A stretch of DNA of 64,000 nt from Candidatus Omnitrophota bacterium (lineage in GTDB: Bacteria; Omnitrophota; Gorgyraeia; Gygaellales; Profunditerraquicolaceae). Each line of letters opens with the position of its first letter. Position 1 is the stretch's first letter. The DNA is taken from positions 74,230-138,229 of the forward strand of contig JAPLLX010000003.1 in NCBI GenBank assembly GCA_026387335.1, given 5' to 3'. Below are positions 28,737 through 37,080 of the stretch, piece after piece. Both the position numbers and the translations under genes were made by a program. Under the pieces are notes generated by a model. That model saw only the letters and a list, made by a program, of their open reading frames with translations, searched no databases and was not told where the DNA came from.

Positions 28737-29312
28737 TTATGTAAATTCAATTTCGTATTTCGCCTTAAATTTTTCAAACCAATCGAGAAGGTCTCTACAG
28801 AAATATGAAATGATTAAACCGAATTTTAGTTTAAATTTTGTAAACTTATGAGAACCCTGCGATCCAAAATTTTCTATATTTATATTAAGTAAATTTAGAA
28901 TGAAAGAATCCACTAAGACAGAAAACGTTAACATTTTTGCTCCTTTTTCCATAATCTCCCAATCACTTTTAATCGCCTTGTAATATTGGGCATACCGAAT
29001 TACTATAATATTATGTACACCCTTAAGACCCTCTTCTGAAATGTCTGGGTGCCGAGCAGGATTATATATTGCTTTATGCATACCATCTAAAACTATTTTA
29101 ATATTTTCTTCCCCAAGGTAAGCAAATATTCTTTGAAAACAATAAGTTAGAAGAAATACCCAAAGATAAAAAAGTTCCCATTCAATTCTTTTATCATCTT
29201 GCAATATCTTTTCTTCTTTTATGACTTCTCCCCAAGCTGATGATGAAAATTTACTTATCGCTTCTTTGCAAAATGTCTCTACAAATATTTCATAAGGTAT
29301 GGATTGTGACAT
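28737..29312 (-). CDS. Hypothetical protein (191 aa), distal gene of the A+T-rich 3-gene insert. Possible paralog of the 30329-30907 product
   Basis: The ORF is very A+T-rich with K/I/F/N/Y-rich codon usage, unlike the neighbours. The start lies 4 nt after the stop of the 307-aa ORF, indicating translational coupling. It has one long hydrophobic segment and the motif 'MHKAIYNPARHPD'. Confidence 0.5.
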   Translation of the reverse strand: MSQSIPYEIFVETFCKEAISKFSSSAWGEVIKEEKILQDDKRIEWELFYLWVFLLTYCFQRIFAYLGEENIKIVLDGMHKAIYNPARHPDISEEGLKGVHNIIVIRYAQYYKAIKSDWEIMEKGAKMLTFSVLVDSFILNLLNINIENFGSQGSHKFTKFKLKFGLIISYFCRDLLDWFEKFKAKYEIEFT

Positions 29313-29316
29313 TTAT

Positions 29317-30240
29317 TTACCCTTTTTGTAACTGACCAACAGAAGGTTTTTTAAGTTTCAGGAGTTCTGCTATCAACTGCTTAACTTCCGAATGAAGATT
29401 TAAATCCTCAAATTGCCCTCTAATGTTTGTAATTTCAAGAAGCAACCTTGAAGATGAAACTAATGCCATTTTTGCTGTTTCTAAATCTGCCCTTGGATTT
29501 ACATCTCTCTTGTCTGGCTTCTCTTTAAACAAACCCAAACCTATAAAACTTGAGTGTGTTGCCATAGAGAATTTTTTATAAATCCTATACCATTCCAAAC
29601 CTTGATTATCACAAACTCTAAAAATATCTTCTATCTTTTCGTATTCTGGTTTATACCAGAAATTTCTTAGTTTGCCTTTTTTAATAAATTCAGATTTATA
29701 TTCTTCTGCCCTCTTTTTGTATTGTGGATTTAATCTATTTAATTGGAAGTTAACTTGACCCATATTGAAGTCTTTTTCATATTCGTTGAAATCTTCATCC
29801 AGGTAACTATTTAATAAATCATGTGCATAGAATTTAAACGCCATATATTCGCTATCTTTCTTAACGATAGCTACTGAATTCGTAAAGCATTCTAGGAGGC
29901 TTCGTATAATTACAGGGGCTACGGAAACCCATCCATCTTCACACATAGATAAAATACTCCTATCTAAAATAACTGCTCTCTCTCCTATTATATACAGACA
30001 CCCTCTTGCTAAAATATCTTTTCCGGCTAAAGGACTTGGGGGGTTGTATTTTTTGAAAGACGCCAAGTTTGTTTTAACAGCGAAATCTATGACCTTATTA
30101 TAAAAATCTAAATACGCAAATACTTCAGGGGTGGACTTAACGAACCCTTTTGAGCCAGTTATTTTCCCTCTTCTATATCCTTCTCTGACACCTCTTTTAA
30201 ACCCTTCTATGTATACCTTTTTAGCAATAAATTTTAACAT
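29317..30240 (-). CDS. Hypothetical protein (307 aa), middle gene of the A+T-rich 3-gene insert
   Basis: It has an ATG with an upstream AAGGAG. Composition matches its flanking partners, not the host genes. I recognise no catalytic motif. It has a basic N-terminus (KRGVREGYRRGK) and is predicted largely alpha-helical from the residue pattern. Confidence 0.5.
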   Translation of the reverse strand: MLKFIAKKVYIEGFKRGVREGYRRGKITGSKGFVKSTPEVFAYLDFYNKVIDFAVKTNLASFKKYNPPSPLAGKDILARGCLYIIGERAVILDRSILSMCEDGWVSVAPVIIRSLLECFTNSVAIVKKDSEYMAFKFYAHDLLNSYLDEDFNEYEKDFNMGQVNFQLNRLNPQYKKRAEEYKSEFIKKGKLRNFWYKPEYEKIEDIFRVCDNQGLEWYRIYKKFSMATHSSFIGLGLFKEKPDKRDVNPRADLETAKMALVSSSRLLLEITNIRGQFEDLNLHSEVKQLIAELLKLKKPSVGQLQKG

Positions 30241-30328
30241 AATCTAATATCTACTCCTTTAATTATTCCGTGGCACATTACTTGATTATCTTTTCTCCGA
30301 GGAATTAAGTATCGTACCCAGGACTCCG

Positions 30329-30907
30329 TTATTTAATTCTAAATCTTTCTGCCGCTAATTTTAATAATTCAAAATCATCAATGCTAATACTCTTCGGCAT
30401 ACCTATGGAATCCAGAAATTTCATAGTGTCTGCTCTGTCTTTCAATAAATGAGGATACTTAAGCCAAAACCATATTTCGAACATTACAACAGATTGGGAT
30501 TGTCTATATTTCAAACATTCATTAGATGCTATATGCCTAAATAAATAGCATGCCTCAATAATACGAAAAGGTAATGTATCTGTTTCATAAGATAAAACGT
30601 CATCTAGGTCATTATCAGCATGTTTAAAGAAATTTTGAGCCTTGTGAATAGTATTTATCCATAATTTCTTATACTCTGGCTTTATATAATCAGAATCATG
30701 GAGAAAAGCTTCAACGCCATATTTTTTTCCTAATGGCATTAGTACGCCTATGGCAGCTCCTACCAATGTTTCAATAACTACAGGATTAGCCTTATCAAAA
30801 AATAAAAAAATAGCTTCATTTAGTTGTATTTCCGCGGCTTGAATCTTCTTAAAATTAATCTTCATAATCCATTTTTGGTAATTTTTAGAAAAGTACTGAA
30901 TTTTCAA
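30329..30907 (-). CDS. Hypothetical protein (192 aa, or 178 aa from the internal ATG at 30865), first gene of the A+T-rich insert
   Basis: The track start is a TTG. The in-frame ATG lies 14 codons in. It has a hydrophobic segment 'VVIETLVGAAIGVLMPLG' and the motif 'IHKAQNFFKHADND', which resembles that of the 28737-29312 product. Confidence 0.45.
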   Translation of the reverse strand: MKIQYFSKNYQKWIMKINFKKIQAAEIQLNEAIFLFFDKANPVVIETLVGAAIGVLMPLGKKYGVEAFLHDSDYIKPEYKKLWINTIHKAQNFFKHADNDLDDVLSYETDTLPFRIIEACYLFRHIASNECLKYRQSQSVVMFEIWFWLKYPHLLKDRADTMKFLDSIGMPKSISIDDFELLKLAAERFRIK

Positions 30908-30976
30908 ATGACACCGGCACGCTTAGCCGCGGATATTAATGTTAATTATGGATATTTTGCCGAAGGGTGTTGTGAA

Positions 30977-31105
30977 GCGCACAATTAGAAAATTTTCGGC
31001 AAAAGAGTGCGAGGAATTACGACGAACGGAGGAATTCCTTTCTAGCGTAAGTCCTTCCGGGAGTGAGTCGTAAACCGAAGCACTCGGCGAAAATTTTCGT
31101 GCGCG
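30977..31105. repeat. About 130 bp structured element. Imperfect 25-34 bp inverted repeats flank a hairpin-rich core, and each arm contains a perfect GAAAATTTTC palindrome
   Basis: The left arm is gcgcacaattagaaaattttcggcaaaagagtgcg (30977-31011). The right arm is cgaagcactcggcgaaaattttcgtgcgcg (31076-31105), the reverse complement with small indels. The inner core has nested stems (ttacgac/gtcgtaa) and a GGAATTCC palindrome. It lies 23 bp downstream of the queA stop. Confidence 0.5.
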
Positions 31106-31127
31106 AACAATACCCGCAGGCGAAATA

Positions 31128-32120
31128 TCAAAGAATCAACATTGCGTCGCCGTAGCTGTAAAACCTGTATTTCTTATCCACTGCTTCCTGATACGCCTTT
31201 TTCATCAACTGCTCTCCGCCAAAAGCGCATACCAGCATAAAAAGCGTGGTCTTGGGCAAATGAAAATTTGTCAGCAAGCAATTGGCTAATTTAAATTTAT
31301 AACCCGGATAAATGAATAAATTTGTTTGGCCTTCTTTTATGCCAGTAGCATAAACCTCTAAAGCTCTTAATGAAGTTGTGCCTACGGGAATTATGCGGGA
31401 GTTATTCTTGCGCGCTTCTTCTATTTTTTCTTGCGCGGGTTTAGGAACCTGAAAGGATTCCGGTTCCATTTCATGCTCGGTAATATTATCTGAAGTGACC
31501 GGCTTAAACGTGCCTAAGCCGACATGTAAAGTCAAATACGCGGTTTTTACTCCCTCATCTTCTATTTGCTTAAGCAGCTCATTAGTAAAATGCAGTCCGG
31601 CGGTAGGAGAAGCTATCGCGCCCTCTTTATTCGCATAAACTGTTTGATAATATTCTTTATCTAAATCTTCCGGCTCTCTTCTGATGTAAGGAGGAAGCGG
31701 AACCTGGCCGAATTCATAAATTTTATCCGCGTCTTTTAGCTTAAAAGAAATCTCCCGGCGGTTAGTTACTGCTCCCTCAATCTTATCTTTTCCGAAAAAT
31801 ATCTTCTCGCCTATTTTGGTGCGGCTGGGTTGGATCAACGCTTCAAAAGTAGAGCCGCTTCTGCGCTTAGTCAATAAAATCTCAACCTTGCCTCCGGTAG
31901 CCTTATGCCCGATTAAACGGCAGGTAAGCACCTTGGTATCATTTAAAACCAGAAGGTCGTCTTTTTTTAAATATTTGGCGATATCCTTAAAAAGGCAATG
32001 CTCAATTTCTGAGTTTGAGCGGTTGACAACCATAAGCTTGGCTTCCACTCTATCCTCTAGAGGATATTGGGCGATTAATTCTTTGGGCAGGTTATAGTCA
32101 AAATCAGAGAGTTTTAACAT
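31128..32120 (-). CDS. queA: S-adenosylmethionine:tRNA ribosyltransferase-isomerase
   Basis: 330 aa. The N-terminus 'MLKLSDFDYNLPKELIAQYP' and the overall length match QueA, which acts directly after Tgt in queuosine synthesis. Confidence 0.95.
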   Translation of the reverse strand: MLKLSDFDYNLPKELIAQYPLEDRVEAKLMVVNRSNSEIEHCLFKDIAKYLKKDDLLVLNDTKVLTCRLIGHKATGGKVEILLTKRRSGSTFEALIQPSRTKIGEKIFFGKDKIEGAVTNRREISFKLKDADKIYEFGQVPLPPYIRREPEDLDKEYYQTVYANKEGAIASPTAGLHFTNELLKQIEDEGVKTAYLTLHVGLGTFKPVTSDNITEHEMEPESFQVPKPAQEKIEEARKNNSRIIPVGTTSLRALEVYATGIKEGQTNLFIYPGYKFKLANCLLTNFHLPKTTLFMLVCAFGGEQLMKKAYQEAVDKKYRFYSYGDAMLIL

Positions 32121-33300
32121 TTGTCCCCGGATAGTAATATTTTAAGATCTGTTCAGCGCTCTGGTCATCTTTGGCCATAAAATAAGCGCCCCACTGGCAA
32201 AGCCCCACGCCATGCCCCCAGCCAATCCCTTCAAAAACCGCGTCTTTGCCGGATATAGCGACTGAGAAATTAGTGCTCCTGATAATATTCGGGCCTAAAA
32301 TGCCGCGAAAATCCTTAGCCGGAACCTTGACTTCTCCCCCTTCTGACATTATCAACAGGTTGGTAATCCTTCCGGACTTATCTCTGCCCTCTATGTTTAT
32401 ATTACTGATATTTTTTATCTTAAATCCTGCGTCGGATAACTTTTTTCCGATCTCCTTTAAGGTAAGATCATAATGCCAGTTAAAATGCGGAGATTCCCGG
32501 CAGTAGGCGCAAGCTACTCCTTTTAAGGGCGCTAAATCTAAATTCCAGAGGAGCGCCGCGTCCTCTGTATGGCCGCCGCAGGTGGCGTGAAAATAAGCCG
32601 GGATGATCTTTCCTTTATAAAAGAGGACTTTCCCGTCTGTTTCATCCACTGCCCTGGTTGTCCGAAACCGCTCAGAGGTCTGGCCTCCATAGACCTGAGA
32701 ATATATATCACTGGTTACATCAAAATCATTAAGCCTATTCTCCTGTATCTGATAAAGCGCGTAGGTGCGCGAAACTATCGCCTGCGCCTTTAACGCCTCC
32801 ATCGGCCAGTAATGGGAGGTTTCATGATACATAATACCTTTGATATAATCTTGCAGTTCAATATGATTGACGACCAGTATTTTATTTTCGCCTTTGCGGA
32901 TAAACTGGATATTCCCCCGGAACATCCTCCCGTTGATTATAATGGCCTCGGGGTCGTCGGATTCAATCAACAGGTTCTCGGAATTCGGTTTTACTCCCCC
33001 CAGGATTATTCCGTTTTTATAGGTGGTTACCGTCGTATTGATAGACTTGGCCCGGTAGACTATCTTATCGCTCTTTAGGTCCTTGACCCTAAAGAACCCT
33101 TTTATCTTAAGGCTCAAAGATGGCGCGTCCTGGATAATAGCCACCCGCACATAGCGCGGAGTATCGGCAAAAGCAAAACCCGCCGTAATCAAAATTGACA
33201 CAACCACTATCTTAAATATGCGTATCATCGGGTCTTGGAATTTGGTTTTTTTATAGAGCGTTCTATTTCCGAATAAATGCACCCGCAATATTTCTGGCAA
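32104..33300 (-). CDS. SpoIID/LytB-domain protein (secreted; peptidoglycan lytic transglycosylase/amidase-enhancer family)
   Basis: A signal peptide 'MIRIFKIVVVSILITAGFAFA' begins at the internal Met (about 33228), which lies just after the queH stop. The track N-terminus is an artefactual extension overlapping queH. The C-terminal region has a SpoIID-like conserved Cys/His-containing core. Confidence 0.75.
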   Translation of the reverse strand: MPEILRVHLFGNRTLYKKTKFQDPMIRIFKIVVVSILITAGFAFADTPRYVRVAIIQDAPSLSLKIKGFFRVKDLKSDKIVYRAKSINTTVTTYKNGIILGGVKPNSENLLIESDDPEAIIINGRMFRGNIQFIRKGENKILVVNHIELQDYIKGIMYHETSHYWPMEALKAQAIVSRTYALYQIQENRLNDFDVTSDIYSQVYGGQTSERFRTTRAVDETDGKVLFYKGKIIPAYFHATCGGHTEDAALLWNLDLAPLKGVACAYCRESPHFNWHYDLTLKEIGKKLSDAGFKIKNISNINIEGRDKSGRITNLLIMSEGGEVKVPAKDFRGILGPNIIRSTNFSVAISGKDAVFEGIGWGHGVGLCQWGAYFMAKDDQSAEQILKYYYPGTNVKTL

Positions 33301-33770
33301 TAAATTCCTTTTGTATGCGCCGCATCATGCGCTTTCCTGAAACCTGGCCTAAAATCCGCGTAATAAAATTTCACGCCTTCTTCGAGCGCGACCGCATTGC
33401 CGATTTTTTTAAGTAACTCCTGGTCCTGATAAGGACTGACTAAAAGAGTGGTTGTAAAATATTCCAAACCTTTATTTTTGGCCTCTTGGGCGGTCCTCTT
33501 AAGCCGCTGCCTCCAGCATATCCGGCACCTTTCCGGCGCTTCTTCCTTTAAATTAACCACCTGGAAAAATTCGCGGGGAGAATATTCCGGATAGAGCATC
33601 TCTATACCAGCAGCTAAAGCGCTAAACGCCTCTTTCCTCTTAATGTATTCCGCCAAAGGATGGATATTCGGGTTATAAAAGAACCCGGAAACTTCAAAAC
33701 CTTCCTGTTTTAATTTTTCCAGAGGGTAAATCAGGCACGGCGCGCAACAGGTATGCAGTAAAAGCTTCAT
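33225..33770 (-). CDS. queH: Epoxyqueuosine reductase QueH (DUF208)
   Basis: 181 aa beginning 'MKLLLHTCCAPC', with a C-terminal 'YCQKYCGC' cysteine cluster. These are the hallmark Fe-S ligands of QueH. Confidence 0.85.
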   Translation of the reverse strand: MKLLLHTCCAPCLIYPLEKLKQEGFEVSGFFYNPNIHPLAEYIKRKEAFSALAAGIEMLYPEYSPREFFQVVNLKEEAPERCRICWRQRLKRTAQEAKNKGLEYFTTTLLVSPYQDQELLKKIGNAVALEEGVKFYYADFRPGFRKAHDAAHTKGIYCQKYCGCIYSEIERSIKKPNSKTR

Positions 33771-33771
33771 T

Positions 33772-34269
33772 TTATAATTTGAATCTGCTGATAATCAATC
33801 TGCCGAAGAAATCACTCATAAAAATTACGCAGAGGGCGATAAGCATATGCTCGAACATCGCTGTATAGGGGCTGAGCTTGCGCTCGCGGGCAATGCGGTA
33901 ACTGATAGAACATAACAATAATAAACCCCAGGCCAAAGAAACCAGCACTGCCAATTGCAGGGGTAAAAATAAGACGCAGGCAATAAAGGTGAGCGAAACT
34001 AAAAGCCGGCTGGTGAAGTTAGTCAAAGTTGAGATCCAGACTTCTTTCTGGGCCAGGCACTCTGACTCTTGATAAATGTGTATTCCCACCGAATCCGAGA
34101 TATTATCCGCCAGGGCTATGATCAGCATACCGCCGATAATGCTTATCTTGGCGTGCTCTCCGGTCCTTAAGCCGACGACCAACGCTAAATTGGTGATAAT
34201 CGCGGCTGTCGCCCCGAAACTAAACCGCGTGTCTTTTAACCTGCACTTTTCTTTAATGAATTTAATCAT
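33772..34269 (-). CDS. Small VIT1/CCC1-related (TIGR00267-like) membrane protein
   Basis: 165 aa. 'FSFGATAAIITNLALVVGL' is a VIT-family-like first helix and three to four TM helices are predicted. The family assignment comes from weak motif recall. Confidence 0.4.
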   Translation of the reverse strand: MIKFIKEKCRLKDTRFSFGATAAIITNLALVVGLRTGEHAKISIIGGMLIIALADNISDSVGIHIYQESECLAQKEVWISTLTNFTSRLLVSLTFIACVLFLPLQLAVLVSLAWGLLLLCSISYRIARERKLSPYTAMFEHMLIALCVIFMSDFFGRLIISRFKL

Positions 34270-34311
34270 CGATTTTTATTATTTACCGGTAAGGAGAGAA
34301 TAAGAGCGTCC

Positions 34312-35394
34312 CTAAAATAATTCCTTTTGCTGTTCCTTAGTATATTTCCTGCCGAAGTGATCAAAGGCTAACTTGGTAGCCGTGCGGCCGCGCGGGGTAC
34401 GTTTTAAATACCCGGCTTTCAACAGGTATGGCTCAACCGTATCCGCGAGAGTATCTACTTCCTCATTTAAACTGGCAGCCAGAGATTCTACGCCCACCGG
34501 ACCGCCGTTATAAGAATCCATAACCAAAGTTAAGACTTTCCGGTCAAGCGCGTCCAGGCCGGCCTTATCAATCCCTAAATCATCCAGCGATTTAGCGGCC
34601 ATACTCGCGGTCACTTTTGCCAGACGGGCCACCTGGGCATAATCCCTTATACGCCTAAGCAACCGGTTAGCTATACGCGGGGTTCCCCGCGCCCGCAGAG
34701 CGATCTCATTAGCGGCTGCCTCCTCAATATCCACGCCTAAAATAATCGCCGAATGCCTGACTATAGTGGCTAAATCCTCAATTTTATAAAAATCCAGGTT
34801 ATAGAATATCCCGAATCTTCCTCTTAAGGGCGCGGCCAATAAGCCCGAACGCGTAGTCGCGCCGATCAGAGTAAAAGGCTTAAGGTTAAATTTTATCGTC
34901 TTGGCATACGGCCCCTTATCAATAACAAAATCTATCTGGAAACTCTCCATCGCCGGATACAAAAACTCTTCCACTACTTTTGAGAGACGGTGTATCTCAT
35001 CAATGAACAAAATATCCCCTTTTTCCAGGTTGGTCAATATACCGATCAGATCTCCCGCGCGCTCAATCGCCGGACCGCTTGTTGCGGTGATCTTCGCATT
35101 CATTTCATGGGCGATTATATGCGATAAAGAAGTCTTGCCTAAGCCCGGCGGGCCGCTGAATAACACATGTTCTAAAGGTTCAGCTCTTTGCATAGCTGCC
35201 TGAATAGATATCTTTAAATTATCCACAATATCTTTATGCCCGACGAATTCCGTAAACTTCTTCGGACGTAAAGAGATGCTTAAGACCACATCCTCTTCGG
35301 ACTCATTGCTTTTGATTATATTCGGCGCTCCTTTAAGCAGCGCTTCTCTGGTCTCTTCGCTCATAGGGAATAATATTCTCCTTATTGCGCACAA
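34312..35394 (-). CDS. ruvB: Holliday junction branch-migration ATPase RuvB
   Basis: It has 'LRPKKFTEFVGHKDIVDNL', the Walker A 'GPPGLGKTS' and an arginine finger region. The probable start is the internal MSEETRE. The track adds about 10 codons. Confidence 0.95.
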   Translation of the reverse strand: MCAIRRILFPMSEETREALLKGAPNIIKSNESEEDVVLSISLRPKKFTEFVGHKDIVDNLKISIQAAMQRAEPLEHVLFSGPPGLGKTSLSHIIAHEMNAKITATSGPAIERAGDLIGILTNLEKGDILFIDEIHRLSKVVEEFLYPAMESFQIDFVIDKGPYAKTIKFNLKPFTLIGATTRSGLLAAPLRGRFGIFYNLDFYKIEDLATIVRHSAIILGVDIEEAAANEIALRARGTPRIANRLLRRIRDYAQVARLAKVTASMAAKSLDDLGIDKAGLDALDRKVLTLVMDSYNGGPVGVESLAASLNEEVDTLADTVEPYLLKAGYLKRTPRGRTATKLAFDHFGRKYTKEQQKELF

Positions 35395-36094
35395 TATCTA
35401 TCTCCTGAAACAACTCCGATTGCCGGGCAATAATTTCTTTGATTTTTATTAACTCCAGTACCGCCAAAAAGGTGACGATTATCTCCATTTTATTCTTCGC
35501 GCGTCTAAAAAGTTCGGAAAGTTTAACGCTGGAGTTGACTAGCAATAAATGGAGTATCTGATGGGTCGCCTCCTCCATGGTAAACTTATCCTTAACCACC
35601 TCATAAAATACTTCTTTCGGTATATCTTTTAAGGCCTGGGAAAACGCGTTAATCAAATCAAAAATACTGGCCTCAAAATAGGTTTCTTGATTTTGCGCCT
35701 CTTTCTTTTCTGTCTCAGGCTTGGGCCGTTTAAAGACCTCCTGTTGCTGGGCCTCTTTTTGGCGCAGGTCGCCGGCTATCTCCTTGAATTTTTCATATTC
35801 CAGCAACCGCCTGACCAATTCTTCGCGCGGGTCTTCCGCTTCCGCCTCGCTACCTTCGCCCTCCTGCGCCGGCAGGAGCATCTTAGACTTGATCTGCATA
35901 AGGGTAGCCGCCATAACCAGAAATTCTCCGGCAATATTTAAATCCAGCATCTGCATTAAATTTATATACTCCAGATACTGTGCGGTTACCTTGGCGATCG
36001 GAATATCATAAATATTCAGGTGGTCTTTTTTAACCAAATAAAGGAGCAGGTCCAGGGGACCTTCAAATAATTCTAATTTTATTTTATAATTCAT
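35333..36094 (-). CDS. scpA: Segregation and condensation protein A (kleisin)
   Basis: 253 aa. 'LELFEGPLDLLLYLVKKDHLNIYDIPIAKVTAQYL' is the ScpA N-terminal signature. Confidence 0.85.
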   Translation of the reverse strand: MNYKIKLELFEGPLDLLLYLVKKDHLNIYDIPIAKVTAQYLEYINLMQMLDLNIAGEFLVMAATLMQIKSKMLLPAQEGEGSEAEAEDPREELVRRLLEYEKFKEIAGDLRQKEAQQQEVFKRPKPETEKKEAQNQETYFEASIFDLINAFSQALKDIPKEVFYEVVKDKFTMEEATHQILHLLLVNSSVKLSELFRRAKNKMEIIVTFLAVLELIKIKEIIARQSELFQEIDIVRNKENIIPYERRDQRSAA

Positions 36095-37080
36095 GCGTTT
36101 TTAAAGCCGATCAGCCCTTTTACTTCTTTAAGGACAGTAGAAGAAAAGGCAACGGCTTTTTCTTTACCCTTATCTAATATATTTCTTATTCCATTTTTAT
36201 CCCGCAACAGCTCTTCCCTGCGAGCATGAAACGGCTTAAGTTTATCCATCAATCCTGACGCCAATATTTTCTTGCACTCGGTGCAGCCGATTTTAGCGTT
36301 GATACAGTTAGCGGCCACTTCTTCCTTTAAACCGGGGATAAACGTTGAATAATAAGCGAAAACATTGCAGATGTCCGGATGCCCTTTATCCGCTAACTTG
36401 ATCCGCTTAGGATCAGTGATCATGGAAGTTACTTTCCGCCGGATGATCTCCTCGGAATCTGAAAGATTTATAGTATTATCATAACTCTTGCTCATCTTAC
36501 GGCCGTCCAGGCCCATAAGCCGCGGCACCTTAGTCAATAAGGCTTGCGGATACGGGAATATATTTTTTTTGTATAATGTATTAAAGCGCCGGGCGATCTC
36601 GCGGGTAAGCTCTAAATGCGGCAACTGGTCGTCTCCGACAGGGACCCTCTCTGCTTTATAAATAAGGATATCCGCCGCCTGAAGCACGGGATAACCCAGA
36701 AAACCGTAAGTATTCAGGTTCCTGGTCTTTATCTGGCGCATCTGCTCTTTATAAGTAGGGCAGCGCTCTAAAAGGCCTAAGGGCGTAAGGCAGGAAAATA
36801 TCATACAAAGATCTAAATGCGCGGCTACTTCTGACTGGACGAATAACGTGGATTTATCCGGGTCAATGCCCGCGGCAATCCAATCAGCCACGTTATCAAT
36901 GGCATATTCGCTCATACGCGACGTATCTTCATATTCGCTCATCAGCGCGTGCCAGTCCGCAACCATAAAAAAGCAGTCGTATTCATCCTGCAGCTTGATC
37001 CAATTATCCAACGCTCCGACTAAATGCCCAAGATGCAGCTTTCCGGTCGGCCGCATACCGCTAAGTATTCTTTTTTTCAT
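36091..37080 (-). CDS. trpS: Tryptophan--tRNA ligase
   Basis: 329 aa class I aaRS with 'SGMRPTGKLHLGHLVG' (HIGH) and 'KMSKS'. Confidence 0.95.
   Translation of the reverse strand: MKKRILSGMRPTGKLHLGHLVGALDNWIKLQDEYDCFFMVADWHALMSEYEDTSRMSEYAIDNVADWIAAGIDPDKSTLFVQSEVAAHLDLCMIFSCLTPLGLLERCPTYKEQMRQIKTRNLNTYGFLGYPVLQAADILIYKAERVPVGDDQLPHLELTREIARRFNTLYKKNIFPYPQALLTKVPRLMGLDGRKMSKSYDNTINLSDSEEIIRRKVTSMITDPKRIKLADKGHPDICNVFAYYSTFIPGLKEEVAANCINAKIGCTECKKILASGLMDKLKPFHARREELLRDKNGIRNILDKGKEKAVAFSSTVLKEVKGLIGFKNA

Noticed and set aside
30977-31105. preQ1 riboswitch, given the queuosine-gene neighbourhood
   Set aside because: It lies downstream of queA rather than upstream of a queC/D/E/F or preQ1-transporter gene. 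I see no preQ1-I or preQ1-II consensus in it, and its long inverted-repeat arms look more like a MITE or operator pair.
33225-33300. Apparent 76-nt overlap between queH and the SpoIID-domain gene, and the N-terminal extensions on ruvB, rpmE, rsfS and rnhB
   Set aside because: These are artefacts of the ORF track extending to the furthest upstream start, including GTG and TTG. Internal Met codons give canonical N-termini and remove the overlaps. They include the signal peptide MIRIFK... for SpoIID, MSEETRE for RuvB, MKDKIHP for L31 and MRKVAS for RsfS. This is not evidence of programmed overlap.
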